A stretch of DNA of 64,000 bases from IMG/VR virus record IMGVR_UViG_3300032217_000462, positions 3,417-67,416 of that record; one strand, written 5' to 3'. Both the position numbers and the translations under genes were made by a program. The DNA is from a virus. The notes under the pieces were generated by a model. It saw only the letters and a list, made by a program, of their open reading frames with translations. It had not been told where the DNA came from and searched no databases. Of the stretch, positions 8,953 through 17,656 are shown one piece after another (the first letter of the stretch is position 1; each line of letters starts with the position of its first letter).

Positions 8953-9218
8953 TACTTTAACCCTTCATAGATTGTCTTTTGTTCACGATACCAACGTTGC
9001 CAGGCTTCTAATTTAACCGCACACATATAGTACTCTGTGTAATTAACTGAAACAGTTTTTGCCACATCAGACAGCTTAGCATCTTCCTGTAACTTTTTAA
9101 GATCAGGACAAGGCTCTTGTACTAGGGTACCTGGAGCTTGTGGAAATTTTGCTGTAACTGGCACAGTTGTGGAGCAAGCACTTAGTAATAAAATTAATGG
9201 TATTATTAAAAATTTCAT
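8952..9218 (-). CDS. o-spanin (Rz1-like outer-membrane lipoprotein)
   Basis: True start is ATG 9218 (MKFLIIPLILLLSAC, lipobox LSAC). The protein is Pro-rich and overlaps the i-spanin stop (ATGA). Confidence 0.85.
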   Translation of the reverse strand: MKFLIIPLILLLSACSTTVPVTAKFPQAPGTLVQEPCPDLKKLQEDAKLSDVAKTVSVNYTEYYMCAVKLEAWQRWYREQKTIYEGLK

Positions 9219-9634
9219 TTCTTTGGTGCCTCCGCTGCACGGTTGTGTGTAGTAACAAATTCTTTGGGAATTACACAATTAGCGTCAAATTTAACAATTT
9301 CACGGTCTACGTATTTGATTATATCCTGACCCCGTTCTTTAACCACTTGAGTTTTTACAATGGTTTTTTCAACAATATCAGTATTGGTTCTAGCACTTTT
9401 TGCTTCTGCTTCTGCAACTTTTACTTCTAGATCTTTAACACGAGCTAACCATGCATCGTTGTTTGAAATAGCTCCTATCATATAAACTGAAATAAAAGCT
9501 ACTGCAATGCTTGCTGCTTGAATTAGTTGTGCATTTGGTAATATTTTAACAAATTTGGTAACTAAAAATGCTGCTATGCTTGCAAAAAGTGTTAAATAAA
9601 ATATCCAGTTAGGTAAAAATTGTAGTATCCACAT
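9215..9634 (-). CDS. i-spanin (Rz-like inner-membrane protein)
   Basis: N-terminal TM helices, a periplasmic coiled coil and a C-terminal Cys, directly upstream of the lipoprotein gene. Confidence 0.8.
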   Translation of the reverse strand: MWILQFLPNWIFYLTLFASIAAFLVTKFVKILPNAQLIQAASIAVAFISVYMIGAISNNDAWLARVKDLEVKVAEAEAKSARTNTDIVEKTIVKTQVVKERGQDIIKYVDREIVKFDANCVIPKEFVTTHNRAAEAPKK

Positions 9635-10680
9635 TATAACATACTCTTTAAGTTATTTAAAAATCGTGCATTAGTAGGCTCAAGTTTTATTGCTTCTTGT
9701 ACCAAGTCTATGGCTTCGCGTTTTAGTTGTAAATTCCAGGCAGCAATAGAGCACAAATCGTAAGGTAAAGCTCCCCACACATTAGGGTCCATTGTATAAA
9801 CAAGTTCTTTGTTTTTAATTGCTAATGCAGATTTACATGCTTGGTAACAATCTAACCACATACCCATTCTGTAAGTAATTTCAGCAAGACCTACCCAAGG
9901 CTCTCGGGTTTCAGGTGCTTCCGCAATAGCTAAACGAAACATTTTAATTGATTGTTCCCAGTTATTTAACTCACTATAGCATTTACCTAATAATCGGTAA
10001 GCATAAGAACGTTCATTTTTCCACGTAGCTTCAGGCATTGCTAAATATTTATTTAGGAAAATAATTGCTTCTTCCCAGCGACTATAAAAAGTCAGTTCAC
10101 GGGCATGATAAAATGCATTACGTGGACAGTGCGGATCTTCAGCAATAGCCAACTCTAAAAGTGGCATATATTGACCACGTGATTTAGTGTTGTCTGGATG
10201 ATGACTAACTAATAACATATTAGTTTGTGCATAAATTTCTTTGGTACGACCGTCTGGACGGGGATATTCGTGCACTGGATGATGCCAGTGATAACCTGTT
10301 CGGTGATGAATTTTTTCATAGAAAAAACTAATACCTTGTCCCCAATCAAATTTATAACGAAGTCTGGTAGTTTCTGCTGTCCAAACACGTTCAATTTCTT
10401 CTCGCCAACCTGGCTCTAATACTTCGTCTAAGTCTAGACTAATGCAAACATCATAATCTCCAGGAATTAGATTAAGTGCTGTATCACGAGCTTTGTCAAA
10501 CCGCCAAGGTTTTACACTAATATCATATACTGTTGCACCGTATTTTTTGGCTTCAGAAACTGTATTATCAGTTGAGCCAGTATCGGCAATTAAGATGAGA
10601 TCAGCATCTATTGCAGACTTACAAAAACGTTCGACGAATTGTTCTTCGTTCTTACTGATAGCGTATACTGCTATTTTCAT
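9634..10680 (-). CDS. GT2 glycosyltransferase with C-terminal TPR repeats
   Basis: Motifs KNEE, DTGSTD, FDKARD, DLDE and HE, followed by TPR-like helices. Confidence 0.9.
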   Translation of the reverse strand: MKIAVYAISKNEEQFVERFCKSAIDADLILIADTGSTDNTVSEAKKYGATVYDISVKPWRFDKARDTALNLIPGDYDVCISLDLDEVLEPGWREEIERVWTAETTRLRYKFDWGQGISFFYEKIHHRTGYHWHHPVHEYPRPDGRTKEIYAQTNMLLVSHHPDNTKSRGQYMPLLELAIAEDPHCPRNAFYHARELTFYSRWEEAIIFLNKYLAMPEATWKNERSYAYRLLGKCYSELNNWEQSIKMFRLAIAEAPETREPWVGLAEITYRMGMWLDCYQACKSALAIKNKELVYTMDPNVWGALPYDLCSIAAWNLQLKREAIDLVQEAIKLEPTNARFLNNLKSML

Positions 10681-10690
10681 TTTTATTATT

Positions 10691-11200
10691 TTAGTTAAGG
10701 GGGTTAGTGGGCCAAACTACTTGTTCAGTTGGAGTATTTTTGTTATACGTATTGGTTAAATCACGTAATTGTTGTTTGTAATTTAACAAATCTGTAAATT
10801 GTTCTGCTGATAATGTAGTAGTAATATTTCGTATAATTTCTTCTTGATGACGTTGTACAAGCCAATCTGTATCATATAATAACTGACCACGAGTCATTTC
10901 TAAAGTAATTACAGGCATTGCTGCTTGCGTTAGTTGTTCTAAAACTGATAACAAACGTTGTTTATTGTCTACAATCCATTTCATTTCTGGCAATTCTTGG
11001 CCAACTACCATAGTAGGACCTTCACGTTCTACATGATAAATATTTCGATCAGGCTCGTATGCTAATAATCTAGTACTAGTATAAGGATATCCAGTTTCTG
11101 TAATAAATTTTGCGGAATCATCCCAGTAGTGTTCTTTGTTTTCAAATTTTATGTAAAAATGTGAATTATAAAAATCTAGACTAACGTTATTGTTAATCAT
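10691..11200 (-). CDS. Tail fibre assembly chaperone-like protein
   Basis: C-terminal R..LL..TDW...Y.Q.LRDL...WP..P pattern; lies downstream of a fibre gene. Confidence 0.7.
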   Translation of the reverse strand: MINNNVSLDFYNSHFYIKFENKEHYWDDSAKFITETGYPYTSTRLLAYEPDRNIYHVEREGPTMVVGQELPEMKWIVDNKQRLLSVLEQLTQAAMPVITLEMTRGQLLYDTDWLVQRHQEEIIRNITTTLSAEQFTDLLNYKQQLRDLTNTYNKNTPTEQVVWPTNPLN

Positions 11201-11203
11201 TTG

Positions 11204-12334
11204 TTATCCTTTATATTGTATAAATGCCATACCTATTCTTTGAGGCGAATAAGTGTACGTACTAAGTCCACCACCAGTACTGTGAGAATGCGACCATCCA
11301 TAGTTGCTATGATAGGCAGTAGGGCCTCCGGTATTAGCTGTTGGCACATAACTATTAGCATGTGAGTGCGATACGTATGCACCACTAATACTAAGTGCGC
11401 TAGATGGGTTAGCTGTTGTAATAACATTCCACTGATTATCACTATAACCAATAATATATCCACCTAAATTTGTAGTACCATTTAAACCGTCGCATAGTTT
11501 CCAAGTATCTGGTAAACTAGCCAATGTTCCAACATACATAACTATCATATCTGTTGTTGGTATTGCACTAGCTGTTAACTTCCATAGATTTACTAATTTA
11601 CTAGTTATAGCTGTTTGTGAAAAACTAGCAGATCCACTATGAGTATGTGAACCACCATATCCCATACTATAATTACGATAGTAAGGTCCACTTGCTATTG
11701 TTTGATACGCACTTGAGCTTGATGCATGATAATGTCCATAATCGCTACTAATAGACAAACCAACTCCAAAATAATATCCACTGCCAGCAGTATACGTAGT
11801 ATCATTGGCTCCTCGTAGATAATTACTACCGGTTTGTGAAAATGCCACAGAACCTGTCATAGCCGTTTGTTTTACTACTAATGAATTTACTGGTAAATAT
11901 CTAGTACTTGCAATAGCCCTTAGTAAAATTATATTCTGCTTATTTACCAGTGTGTCTTGAGTGGAGTAACTAGAGCCAGAATAACTGTGATTATGTCCAG
12001 GGCTACCTGCGGATTGAGCAGTACTTCCACCTGTAGCACTTCTCCAGTTTTGAGTAACTGCACTACCAGTATGATAACCATCACTAGAAGTGCTACCTGA
12101 GGCAATTACTCCACCAGCATTTGCTGGAGTAGTAACAGCTATCTCACCTTGAGTAGTAGCGCTATAAAGGTAATACCCGTCTGCTGTAGTATATCGTGTC
12201 CACGCATTTAATCCTGGGTCAGTACTTGATCCGTAGTATGGGACTACTGAATTTGCAGGAAATTTTAATGTTGGGGGAAAATCGACTGCACTTGCAAAGC
12301 CAAGCTTTGAACCAGAAGAAAAAGATAATGGCAT
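11204..12334 (-). CDS. Tail fibre tip protein with collar-like domains and HxH motifs
   Basis: LPDTWKLCDGLNGTTNL collar-like motif, plus HNH, HYH, HTH, HSH and HSH motifs. Confidence 0.75.
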   Translation of the reverse strand: MPLSFSSGSKLGFASAVDFPPTLKFPANSVVPYYGSSTDPGLNAWTRYTTADGYYLYSATTQGEIAVTTPANAGGVIASGSTSSDGYHTGSAVTQNWRSATGGSTAQSAGSPGHNHSYSGSSYSTQDTLVNKQNIILLRAIASTRYLPVNSLVVKQTAMTGSVAFSQTGSNYLRGANDTTYTAGSGYYFGVGLSISSDYGHYHASSSSAYQTIASGPYYRNYSMGYGGSHTHSGSASFSQTAITSKLVNLWKLTASAIPTTDMIVMYVGTLASLPDTWKLCDGLNGTTNLGGYIIGYSDNQWNVITTANPSSALSISGAYVSHSHANSYVPTANTGGPTAYHSNYGWSHSHSTGGGLSTYTYSPQRIGMAFIQYKG

Positions 12335-12343
12335 TTAACATCC

Positions 12344-12835
12344 TTATCCAAATTTAGTTTGAGAAACAAATAATTTCCAAGCAGGAGTACCAGTTGCACC
12401 AGTTTTAATAATAAACAAAACGTATAAATCAGTAGCAAACTGATTACCATATGAGTAAGGTATTCCTCCTTGATAAAGCGGAGTTATTGCTACACCATCT
12501 ATTTGATACGCAGTAGGATAATAAGGTGTTGTACCGTTTTGAACAAATAAATTACCAATAATAGATTCACCAGTACTTAATAAAGAATCTAGTGTTTGAG
12601 TAGAACTTCCACGAGTATTTATGGTAAAATTTGCTGTAGTGTTAACATTATACCACAAAGTGGGCTGTGTGGCAACATCAAAATTAACTGTGGTTGGGGG
12701 TGCGGTTGCTACAATTGTTACGTTTTCTTTTGTGGTTTTAACTGTTTTATTTGATAAAGTTTGGCTACCTGTTAAAGTAGCCAAACTATTAAATAGTGCG
12801 GGTTGAATTGTAGGCTGAGTTACTAAAGTTGTCAT
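12344..12835 (-). CDS. Putative fibre adaptor / structural protein
   Basis: TLTGSQTLSNKT motif and a beta-rich domain, within the fibre cluster. Confidence 0.6.
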   Translation of the reverse strand: MTTLVTQPTIQPALFNSLATLTGSQTLSNKTVKTTKENVTIVATAPPTTVNFDVATQPTLWYNVNTTANFTINTRGSSTQTLDSLLSTGESIIGNLFVQNGTTPYYPTAYQIDGVAITPLYQGGIPYSYGNQFATDLYVLFIIKTGATGTPAWKLFVSQTKFG

Positions 12836-12867
12836 ATTATTCCTTTAACCCGTACTTCCAAAAGTAC

Positions 12868-13008
12868 TTATACATTAGACTCAACATAATCGTCACCTAC
12901 TTGTAACGTGTTAGATTTCACCCATAACCCAGGCCAAGTTAAAATTCCAGGACCCCATTCAAATTCTTGAACTACTTTTCCGTTTTCAATTTTTACATAA
13001 CGTTCCAT
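12868..13008 (-). CDS. Small hypothetical protein (46 aa), absent from the ORF track
   Basis: Translates to MERYVKIENGKVVQEFEWGPGILTWPGLWVKSNTLQVGDDYVESNV, with GGGGA upstream. Confidence 0.7.
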   Translation of the reverse strand: MERYVKIENGKVVQEFEWGPGILTWPGLWVKSNTLQVGDDYVESNV

Positions 13009-13010
13009 TA

Positions 13011-13319
13011 TTATCCCCAATAAAATTGTTGTGTGCTAGTACCGGTTGCGCTGGTAGTATCTTGCAAAATCAATGCTTTATTATAAAGATTATTTGTTCC
13101 AACAACTTTGACCACTTTGGTAATAAACGGAGTGTTTAATAAAATTCCAGCTTCAGATTGAGTATTATCTGATAATATCATTGAGTTGGCGTACAAATTA
13201 CCAGCAGCTATATACTTGGTTACTTTGTTAGTGTAGGCAGATACTCCAACAATAGAATCATTTGTAATTGTGTTACTGGAAATTATAGTTGAATTGCTGC
13301 CAATTGATTGCAATGCCAT
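13011..13319 (-). CDS. Hypothetical structural protein
   Basis: Ser/Thr/Asn-rich, ends in QQFYWG, tightly packed with its neighbours. Confidence 0.65.
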   Translation of the reverse strand: MALQSIGSNSTIISSNTITNDSIVGVSAYTNKVTKYIAAGNLYANSMILSDNTQSEAGILLNTPFITKVVKVVGTNNLYNKALILQDTTSATGTSTQQFYWG

Positions 13320-13320
13320 A

Positions 13321-14451
13321 TTAGACCTGCTTTACTAAAATTGTGCTAGAAGTAGTGCCAGGAGTAGGTGTATTGCAAATAAGATTGGTATATCGCTGTC
13401 CAGAAATATCTACTTCATCCAATGACTGCCATTGACTTCTGAAAACATAAATGTACGGCGCTTTAGTGGTCAAAGATCCACCAATCCAGAATTGATTGCT
13501 ACTATTTGATTGTACTTCTAGTCTAATGTCAGCCAACAGCAAACTTTGAGCTTTAGAAGAATCTCTGGCATAAAAGTTATTGCCCCAATAGTTGGAAGCA
13601 GTGCCAATTTGTGAGAGGCCTACAGGATTATTACTTGCAGAAAAAGTAGACGAAGCTATTCTTTGAGTTCTCATTCTGGTAGTAAGTCCCCACTGTGACT
13701 GAGTGTAAGCAGTACCAGTTTGAGCTGCAACTTGGTTGGAGTCAGCGGTTCCACCTCCGGCTACGTTCAATACTCTCATTACCGTGCCGTTTTCGTTGGT
13801 GTAAGCGGTAGCCACACCATTAGCATTGGTGCCTGTAAATACCCAGGAAGGATATCCATTGGCCACAGTGTTCCAGACATCGTCTCGAGTGTATTCCGAT
13901 GCATACAAACAACTGTCAAAACTTAAACCTATCACGCCTGTTGTAATATGCACAAACAAATGATTTGCAGAAGCACTTATAATAACCGTACAGCCGTTGC
14001 TAAAAGTGCTATTGTAAGCTGGGCAACTGTACCATTTGGAGCTACTTGACTGAGTTGTGGTTGGCGGGGTAACCAAGGCATTGGTACTGGTATTAGCTGT
14101 AGCATCCCAGTTTTCCATTGGAACCCATTGCCAGTGTTGATCAGTGCCGCCAGTAACATAAACTGGTGCTGCCCATATGTACTTAAATTTTGTTGCGTCA
14201 TCTGAGTACGGTGCTTTTATTACCACCGGAGTAGAACCTGTAGAAATAGTGGTTCCAGCAGCGGCATCATGAACACTCCACCCTGGTGCCACAGTGGATA
14301 TAATTTGTGAAGCACCTTGGTTAAAAACCGACGAGTCCAAAGACGATGTAGCTGTGACGGTTCCTGTGATTACCCCTATCACTGCATTAAACAAAGTTGC
14401 TGTGGTGGTAGTGCTCCACGTTTGAGCAGGGCATACTAATTTTGCGTACAT
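13321..14451 (-). CDS. Putative virion / receptor-binding protein
   Basis: Thr/Ser/aromatic-rich beta-type sequence in the fibre cluster. Confidence 0.6.
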   Translation of the reverse strand: MYAKLVCPAQTWSTTTTATLFNAVIGVITGTVTATSSLDSSVFNQGASQIISTVAPGWSVHDAAAGTTISTGSTPVVIKAPYSDDATKFKYIWAAPVYVTGGTDQHWQWVPMENWDATANTSTNALVTPPTTTQSSSSKWYSCPAYNSTFSNGCTVIISASANHLFVHITTGVIGLSFDSCLYASEYTRDDVWNTVANGYPSWVFTGTNANGVATAYTNENGTVMRVLNVAGGGTADSNQVAAQTGTAYTQSQWGLTTRMRTQRIASSTFSASNNPVGLSQIGTASNYWGNNFYARDSSKAQSLLLADIRLEVQSNSSNQFWIGGSLTTKAPYIYVFRSQWQSLDEVDISGQRYTNLICNTPTPGTTSSTILVKQV

Positions 14452-14476
14452 AATAAAAATCCTTTAAATTAATCAA

Positions 14477-14902
14477 TTAAGAACTAGTATAATCTAGTCT
14501 TACACTTATATCTGTTCCGGTACCTGACACAATATCTAAAGTTAGATAATCTGTATCTGCAATTAAACTTGCAGATAATGTAGTACTTGCACTATATGCA
14601 CTTGCCGCAATGGTAACATTAGCAATGTTTATGTTATTCTTTTTTAAACCAATTACTACATTTGATGTAGATGTTGACGATACCAAAGCCGTCATTTTAA
14701 CCAATGTTATATTATTAGCAAAATATCTTTTTATTGTACCAGTTTGAGATGTATTAATACCAGGATAAAATCCTGTAATACTTTGAATAGTATTACCACC
14801 ACTAGCACCGGTTGTGGTGCCTGTTCCACCTTTTTCAGCAGGCACAGCCCCATCGGTGGCTAACACCGATGATAATTTTGATAAGTTTCGTGCTTTACCC
14901 AT
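14477..14902 (-). CDS. Putative fibre adaptor, paralog of 22124..22597
   Basis: MGKARNLSKL...KGGTG N-terminus and a TDYLTLD...VRLDY C-terminus shared with 22124..22597. Confidence 0.65.
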   Translation of the reverse strand: MGKARNLSKLSSVLATDGAVPAEKGGTGTTTGASGGNTIQSITGFYPGINTSQTGTIKRYFANNITLVKMTALVSSTSTSNVVIGLKKNNINIANVTIAASAYSASTTLSASLIADTDYLTLDIVSGTGTDISVRLDYTSS

Positions 14903-14910
14903 TTTATTCC

Positions 14911-16224
14911 TTAAAAGGTAAGTGTACCGCTAGCAGTAAATTTATAAATACGATAGCCGCCTGTTGTTACAACTGTAGGAGAGCCTGTTGTTGAAGTTGC
15001 CAATGGAAAAGAATCGGGATATTTAAGTGCTACTATACCTGCTGTAGGAGAATTAGAAGCAGAAGCTGGTGCACCTCCTGTGCCCCAACTTGTGCCTATA
15101 TTATTAAAATCTGCGGAATCCCAGTTACGACCGCCTCCAGTACCACCAGTACCATATCCACTGCCAGAATAGCCACCTCCTGAGCCACCTCCACCGCCAC
15201 CGCCAGAACCAGTACCATTTCCGCCATTACCTGGGGCAACATAGTTTCCGCCAGAACCAGCTGATCCGCCTACAGAAGTGACTCCATCACCGCGAGCACC
15301 ACCACTACCTTGACCGCCACTACTACCAGGTTGACCAGCATTACCTGTTGGAGCACCACCACTACCGCCACCATAAGCAGTTCTAGTATATCCAGTTGCT
15401 GAAACACTACTTTGAGCTCCTGAAGTAGTACCCACAGTAATTGTTAATACGGTTCCAGTATTAAAACTACCTGTATCGCTTACAGCACCACCGCTACCAC
15501 CACCTCCACCACCATTGCTTGAACTAGGATAATAAGCGCCGCCGCCACTTCCACCTGCAGCTACTACTAAAAATGTAACTGGTGTAGGAGGTATAACTGT
15601 TAAGCTAAATGCTCGGTCTGTGTCTTGTAATTGAGCATCAGTTGCACGAATTGTAAAATTATAAGTTGTGTTACTAGCTGGACTAGGAGTTGTTCCTGAT
15701 AATACTCCAGTTGAACTATTAAGGTTAATACCACTTGGCAAACTACCACTATAAACTGAATAAGTTACAGGAGCGTCGCCAGTTGCAGCAAGTGTGGTTG
15801 AAAAACTAACACTAGTATTAAAACTACCAAAACTACCTGCTGCAGTAGTCCACGCAGGTACTCCTGAGTATTGTAAACCAGGTACTGCTAGGGCAGTGGT
15901 ACCGTCTGTGTTAATTACATAAATAATATAACTTCCGGCAGCATTAGCAGGAGCTGTAAAAGTAAGTTGTGTTGAATTAACACGTGTTACTACACTTGAT
16001 TGTATGTTATTTACTAATACTTTAACTCCAGCATTAAAATTAGTGCCATTTAGTGTAACTGTGTCACCACCAGCAGTATTAACAGCTGTGTCATCACCAT
16101 TATATACCACTGAACTAATTGTTGGTAGAGTATTAACTAAACCAACTTGTACGGACGCTGTACCTAAAACTCCTTGAGAGCTAATATTTTGTACTAGTTT
16201 AACTAGATTTTTTGCTTTACTCAT
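14911..16224 (-). CDS. IPT/TIG + Ig-like + glycine-rich domain virion protein
   Basis: AGGDTVTLNGTNF (IPT/TIG), GSLPSGINLNSSTGVLSGT (putative Ig) and a Gly-rich domain ending YKFTASGTLTF. Confidence 0.8.
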   Translation of the reverse strand: MSKAKNLVKLVQNISSQGVLGTASVQVGLVNTLPTISSVVYNGDDTAVNTAGGDTVTLNGTNFNAGVKVLVNNIQSSVVTRVNSTQLTFTAPANAAGSYIIYVINTDGTTALAVPGLQYSGVPAWTTAAGSFGSFNTSVSFSTTLAATGDAPVTYSVYSGSLPSGINLNSSTGVLSGTTPSPASNTTYNFTIRATDAQLQDTDRAFSLTVIPPTPVTFLVVAAGGSGGGAYYPSSSNGGGGGGSGGAVSDTGSFNTGTVLTITVGTTSGAQSSVSATGYTRTAYGGGSGGAPTGNAGQPGSSGGQGSGGARGDGVTSVGGSAGSGGNYVAPGNGGNGTGSGGGGGGGSGGGYSGSGYGTGGTGGGRNWDSADFNNIGTSWGTGGAPASASNSPTAGIVALKYPDSFPLATSTTGSPTVVTTGGYRIYKFTASGTLTF

Positions 16225-16233
16225 GAGTTTCCT

Positions 16234-17640
16234 TTAAAACGTAATTGAACCTGATCCAGTAAACTTATAGTACCTGTACCCGCCACTTACTGTTACTGTG
16301 GGTGACCCTGTTGTTGCGTAAGCTGCGTCATAAGTATCTGCATAACGAATAACTACTACCCCTGCTCCACCACTTTGACTTGAACCACCAACACCGCCAC
16401 CACCATAACTACTGCTACCCGAACCGCTACCATTAGCACCATTACCACTACTGCCTCCACTTCCACCGCCACCGCCGCTAACAGTTCCTATACCCCAACT
16501 TGAGGCATCATAACCATTACCACCAGTTCCAGCAGATCCAAATGTACCAAAAACACTTCCATTGGGGTTATAAATAGTATAAATAGAGGCATCACCACCA
16601 CTACCACTATAACCACCGCCTCCGCCTCCAGCACTGGCTACGTTAAATTGATAAGCAGAACTTCCGCCACTTGTGTAACCACTACCACCACCACGAGGGC
16701 TTGGAGAAGCTCCTTGATTGTTTGTACTAGCACCGCCACCACATCCGCCATTAGTAGCACTACTGCCAGTACCATAAGTACTATCACCTCCGGCACCACC
16801 ACCACCAGCTATAATAGAATTAAAGGTAGTATTTCCGCCATTAGCCCCGGCACTGCCAAAACCTATGGTAATTCCATATTGATTTCCAGGCGTAGGAGAT
16901 AGTGTACCTGTTTTTACAGCACCACCTCCACCCCCACCACGTCCAGTACTAGTACCACCACCTGCGCCAACTAAGATATAGCTGGCTGTTGGCGTTGGAT
17001 TTGTATATAATACAGTTAAACTAAATACACGATCTGTATCTTGATTTTGTGCATCACTAGAACGAATAGTAAAACTATAAGTAGTATCAGCACTAACTGT
17101 AGGAGTAGTGCCACTTAGCACGCCTGTTGAACTGTTAAGTGTTAATCCAGGTGGTAATGTGCCTGATAGTAAACTATAGGTAATAGGAGCGTCACCTGTG
17201 GCAACAAGTGTAGTTGAAAAACTAATTGCTTTAGGAGAAATACCTAAACTACCTGCTGCAGTAGTCCAGGTCGGAAATGCTGAATATTGCAATCCTGGAA
17301 CTGCTAGTGCAGTTGATCCATCGGTATTTACAACATAAATAATATAGCTACCCGTAGCTTGTGCGGGTGCTGTAAATGTAATTTGTGTAGAATTAACAAT
17401 GGTAACTACGCTTGGCTGAACTCCGTTAACAACAACTTTAGCACTGGTTTTAAAATTAGTGCCTGTTAGCGTAACTATATCACCGCCCGCAGTATTAACA
17501 GCTGTGTCATTATCAGGATAACTCACAGCAGTAATAGTAGGATAATTAACAATAGTACCCATTTGAATAGCATCAGAACTTAAAACGCCTTCGGTGCTAA
17601 CACTGCGTGACAGGCTAATTAAATTTGTTCTTTTACTCAT
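16234..17640 (-). CDS. IPT/TIG + Ig-like + glycine-rich domain virion protein, tandem paralog
   Basis: Same architecture as 14911..16224. Start is ATG 17640 or 17646 after AGGA. Confidence 0.8.
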   Translation of the reverse strand: MSKRTNLISLSRSVSTEGVLSSDAIQMGTIVNYPTITAVSYPDNDTAVNTAGGDIVTLTGTNFKTSAKVVVNGVQPSVVTIVNSTQITFTAPAQATGSYIIYVVNTDGSTALAVPGLQYSAFPTWTTAAGSLGISPKAISFSTTLVATGDAPITYSLLSGTLPPGLTLNSSTGVLSGTTPTVSADTTYSFTIRSSDAQNQDTDRVFSLTVLYTNPTPTASYILVGAGGGTSTGRGGGGGGAVKTGTLSPTPGNQYGITIGFGSAGANGGNTTFNSIIAGGGGAGGDSTYGTGSSATNGGCGGGASTNNQGASPSPRGGGSGYTSGGSSAYQFNVASAGGGGGGYSGSGGDASIYTIYNPNGSVFGTFGSAGTGGNGYDASSWGIGTVSGGGGGSGGSSGNGANGSGSGSSSYGGGGVGGSSQSGGAGVVVIRYADTYDAAYATTGSPTVTVSGGYRYYKFTGSGSITF

Positions 17641-17656
17641 TTGCATTTCCTATAAA

